A stretch of DNA of 60,536 nt, from contig JYFJ02002320.1 of the NCBI GenBank assembly GCA_000934665.2, positions 1-60,536 of the forward strand, written 5' to 3'. Both the position numbers and the translations under genes were made by a program. Below are positions 57,276-60,536 of this stretch, piece by piece. Numbering within the stretch: the first letter of the stretch is position 1; each line of letters opens with the position of its first letter. The DNA is from Catajapyx aquilonaris. Its lineage: Eukaryota. The notes beneath the pieces are model-generated. The model did not search any database, was not told where the DNA came from, and saw nothing but the letters and a program-made list of their open reading frames with translations.

Positions 57276-58494
57276 TGTCAGTTTTCGCATGTTATTTTCG
57301 CATTTCAATGTTGCCAATTTTATTCATACTCGATTGACATTACGGTACTTTCAGAAAGTACAGACAGTACCTGCAATGGCGCTGACGTCTCTCCGAGCAG
57401 AAGCGATCCTCTCGTCGGATCGCAAAACTACTAGAGTAACTATAGAGAGCAATATGCCAATATTTTTCGCGGATTATCATTCATAATTAATATTTAAAAT
57501 ACTTGCAGCTAATTAACTTGCACAAATCTTTAAATAGTCGATCATCTCATGGATTTTTTTTATTACTTATTGAAATATTTTTTTGCACTTTTTTTTTGCA
57601 AAGTGATGTGGTTGGGATGAGTGCATTTCCCTTAACCTCCTTTCCCTGAGTGAAAGCAGAGTTTGCGAAAACAAAAGTGGGGGAGGGGATGAGGAAGGAA
57701 AGATGGTGAGATGGGAACCAACCCACCTGCTTTGGCTCAAAACTTTCCTTCAAAAACACTTTTTCGCAAAAACTTTTCCCACTTCACTTCTCACATGTTT
57801 CTGCCAACTCTCTTCCCCCCCCCCCCTCCGCCCGCATTTCTTTCACACACTTTGCCAAATGCTCAAATGTGGTTTAGCCTCAAGGTGAAGCAGAGGGGGG
57901 GAAAAAATATAGAATTTTTCTCGCAAACGTCAGGTTCGCAACACAGGAGTGATGTACCACTCTGTACAGCAATTAATTGCAATTAGTGCAATTACTTTTC
58001 AGAGAGCGAAGAAGGCTTCTTTTGCACACAAAAAAACCCCCACTCTGATTAAGCGAATCTTTCCTCTTTTTTATTATCGACACCGCAGAAAACTTTGGGC
58101 GAAAGGGGTCTTTTTTTTTTGCGAATTTTCTCCCAGAGGCCCTACCCTTTTAAAATTTTATTCTCATCTTACTATGGACAAAAGAGATGGTTTTATTTCT
58201 GCAATTTTCTGCAGACGAGTTGAAGGCTCCATTTTCAGATGAGGATAATTGCTGTGATTGGAGTTAAGTAAGGGACGTAATCATAATTCGCACAAAAAAA
58301 ATTGGCGGATGAAAATTTTCACACTTCTCGGGCTATTCCAGCAGACGACTTAATCATCTTTAATATCTTAGTTAATCTCCAAGGGGTTACTCACTTCGGT
58401 ACTCCGGTGTACACAGTCCTGCAGTGGTACTCCTTGGTACTCTCAAGTACTCCCACACTCTTAACCATTTACCTTCTCTAGAAAAGGCAAAAAA

Positions 58495-59070
58495 TGTCCT
58501 TTTTTACCCTCTATTTTATAAGGTAATACATGCAAAAGTTACCCTCTAATCGAGTTACCCTATAATGTAAGGTAAAAAAATGGCCACTTTCTTACCCTGT
58601 ATTTTTTTACCTTCCACATTTATACCTTATAATATAAGGTACAAATGTGGAAGGTGAAAAATACAGGGCAAGAAAGTGGCCATTTTTACCTTACATTAGA
58701 GGGTATATCAGAGGGTATACGGGTATCAGAGGGTATTTTTACCTTCCACATTTATACCTTATAAGGTATAAATGTGGAAGGTAAAAAATACAGGGTAAGA
58801 AAGTGGCCATTTTTACCTTACATTAGAGGATAAATTATTATAGGGTAACTCGATTAGAAGGTGACTTTTGCATGTATTACCTTATAATATAATATAAGGT
58901 ATAAATGTGGAAGGTAAAAAATACGGGGTATCCTCTAATATACCCTCTAATGCAAGGTAAAAAATGGACACTTTTTTACTATACATTACAGGGTAAATTA
59001 TTATAGGGTAACTCGATTAGAAGGTAACTTTTGCATGTATTATCTTATAAAATAGAGGGTAAAAACGACA
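58495..59070. mobile_element. Foldback/MITE-like element with long inverted arms and internal duplications
   Basis: ttttaccctctattttataaggtaatacatgcaaaagttaccctctaatcgagttaccctata (about 58502) is inverted at about 59002-59065. Internal palindrome taccttccacatttatacctta..taaggtataaatgtggaaggta. Confidence 0.8.
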
Positions 59071-59249
59071 TCTTATCATATAGGTCTGATTACCCTACAA
59101 TACAGTATTATATTGTAGGGTAATCAGGACCCATATTGTACTTTATATTTTCTTACTCTTTATACCTGTAATTGCCCCCCCCCCNAATTGCCCCCCCCCC
59201 CCTTCCCCTCGTCGTTTGTTAATCTCAGTAAGCTTATTATTAACTATAT

Positions 59250-59251
<2 letters not shown>

Positions 59252-59345
<94 letters not shown>
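59252..59345. repeat. Compound (CAT)n(AAT)n microsatellite
   Basis: Directly visible in the sequence. Confidence 0.95.
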
Positions 59346-59346
<1 letters not shown>

Positions 59347-60039
59347 TGGCTACATCAGACCTTATAAACTAATATAAAAATGCCTGGAACTGTGTTGTTT
59401 ACAGGATTTGGCCATAATAATTATTGCATATAATTTATGTTGTACGTACTCGTGTCGCTGTAAATGCACTCCCGATGAATTATTTCCGCGGGTTAATAAT
59501 TAGGGATCAATGTCAACCCCCCCACCCCCCAATATAAACAAAAAAAAAATGCAAATACATTAATCATTTGCCTGACAGAGCGAAACCGCTTATCCTATGT
59601 AAAATTGATTTTAAAAAAATCATTGGAAAATTTAGGTGGGTTTTAAAGCAGATATCGCATGAAAATAATTCGACATAATTATAATAATTGAGGGGCTCGG
59701 AATAAAAACATGTTAACCGCCAGTGGAGTATTGCAATGATGAGCTTTAAGATTGATTATTATCTTACTTTTTTGGTTCAATGTTCCGCCAAGTGAACTTC
59801 AATCACAAAAATGTTTTACCAACGATTTACAGGGGGGGCGCAAACAAGTATTTTTCCCTCTCTCCCCCCCGGATTTCGCCCCCTTGATCCGCCCCCCCCC
59901 CCCTCTCTCCCGATCCTAACAAAAATCTAGGCGTTGAAACGGTCCGGATGCGCATAGATTACTGGGGTGGAAAAGCATGAAGAGGGTTTTATCGAAGCTC
60001 CCGGAGCAACATTTTTAGAGATAGGAACCCAACCCAGCA

Positions 60040-60290
60040 GCTGTACACAGGGTGAGTCAGAAATTCTGCCAAAAAAAAATAGGTGTGTGTCTAAGGTACG
60101 GCCACTTTAATCGTTATTATAACCTCATTATATTATACACAGCAGAAAATTGCAGAGAAATTTTGTGCCAAGTTTCAGCACCCTCAGTAGTCTGAAAGTG
60201 GGTTAGGTAGCCGTGACATATGTCACGGATACCTATTAGTATACAGGGTGTATCTGAACTCAGTGCCCCGACGTATATGACTGCCTTCCT
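60040..60290. mobile_element. Probable Tc1/mariner-type non-autonomous remnants
   Basis: Mariner-like ends CAGGGTGAGTC (about 60048) and TACAGGGTG (about 60242), plus tgtgccaagtttcagc. Partner inverted repeats are not seen in the window. Confidence 0.35.
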
Positions 60291-60536
60291 AGCCACCAGA
60301 GGATCGATTTAAGTATAGGAGTCATATGTCTGGGCAGCCTCATTACGGAGATAATTGGCCGCAAACATGTAGTACAAAATATCCTGTCGGTTAGGCCACC
60401 CGTCGAACCCTCCCCCAGTCAGAAGGCTCTGGAAGGTCGGGGGGCGGGACTTTGTTGGTTTGTTGCCCACAGGTGGTAAGGCCTCTTTGGCTAGTTACAC
60501 CAGAAAATTCTATTTAAAAGTCAGAAGGAGCGATTA

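Noticed and set aside
54148..58242. Short ORFs downstream of Nedd4
   Set aside because: They fall in AT-rich 3'UTR or intergenic sequence with homopolymer runs and low-complexity translations.
59168..59202. Duplicated aattg-poly(C) around an N
   Set aside because: Most likely an assembly join or homopolymer artefact.

Overview
This is eukaryotic genomic DNA from a compact, gene-dense invertebrate genome, most likely an arthropod or crustacean. That taxonomy is inferred from 50-60 nt spliceosomal introns, arthropod-type promoter motifs and the gene repertoire. Eleven multi-exon genes can be assigned to known families: focadhesin (FOCAD), a divergent cyclin B, NICE-3/C1orf43, a Janus kinase, PNGase (NGLY1), proteasome alpha-3 (PSMA4), a two-pore K+ channel, a Bax-like Bcl-2 protein, Nedd4, a THAP-C2H2 factor and a secreted two-Ig protein. 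There are also three further C2H2 zinc-finger genes and an orphan gene with duplicated exon modules. Four gene pairs are head-to-head. Long introns are filled with AT-rich minisatellites, two tRNA-derived SINEs, small MITEs and foldback-like repeats. The most notable observations are: a shared 11-residue coiled-coil N-terminal module on two zinc-finger genes; two divergent SINEs with a covarying internal hairpin; a foldback element carrying tandem copies of the local promoter motifs; a Bax-like protein with TRER in place of NWGR; three GC-AG introns; and the NGLY1-PSMA4 divergent pair. There is no CRISPR array, rRNA or prokaryotic system. Exon boundaries were derived by hand and need RNA-seq confirmation.
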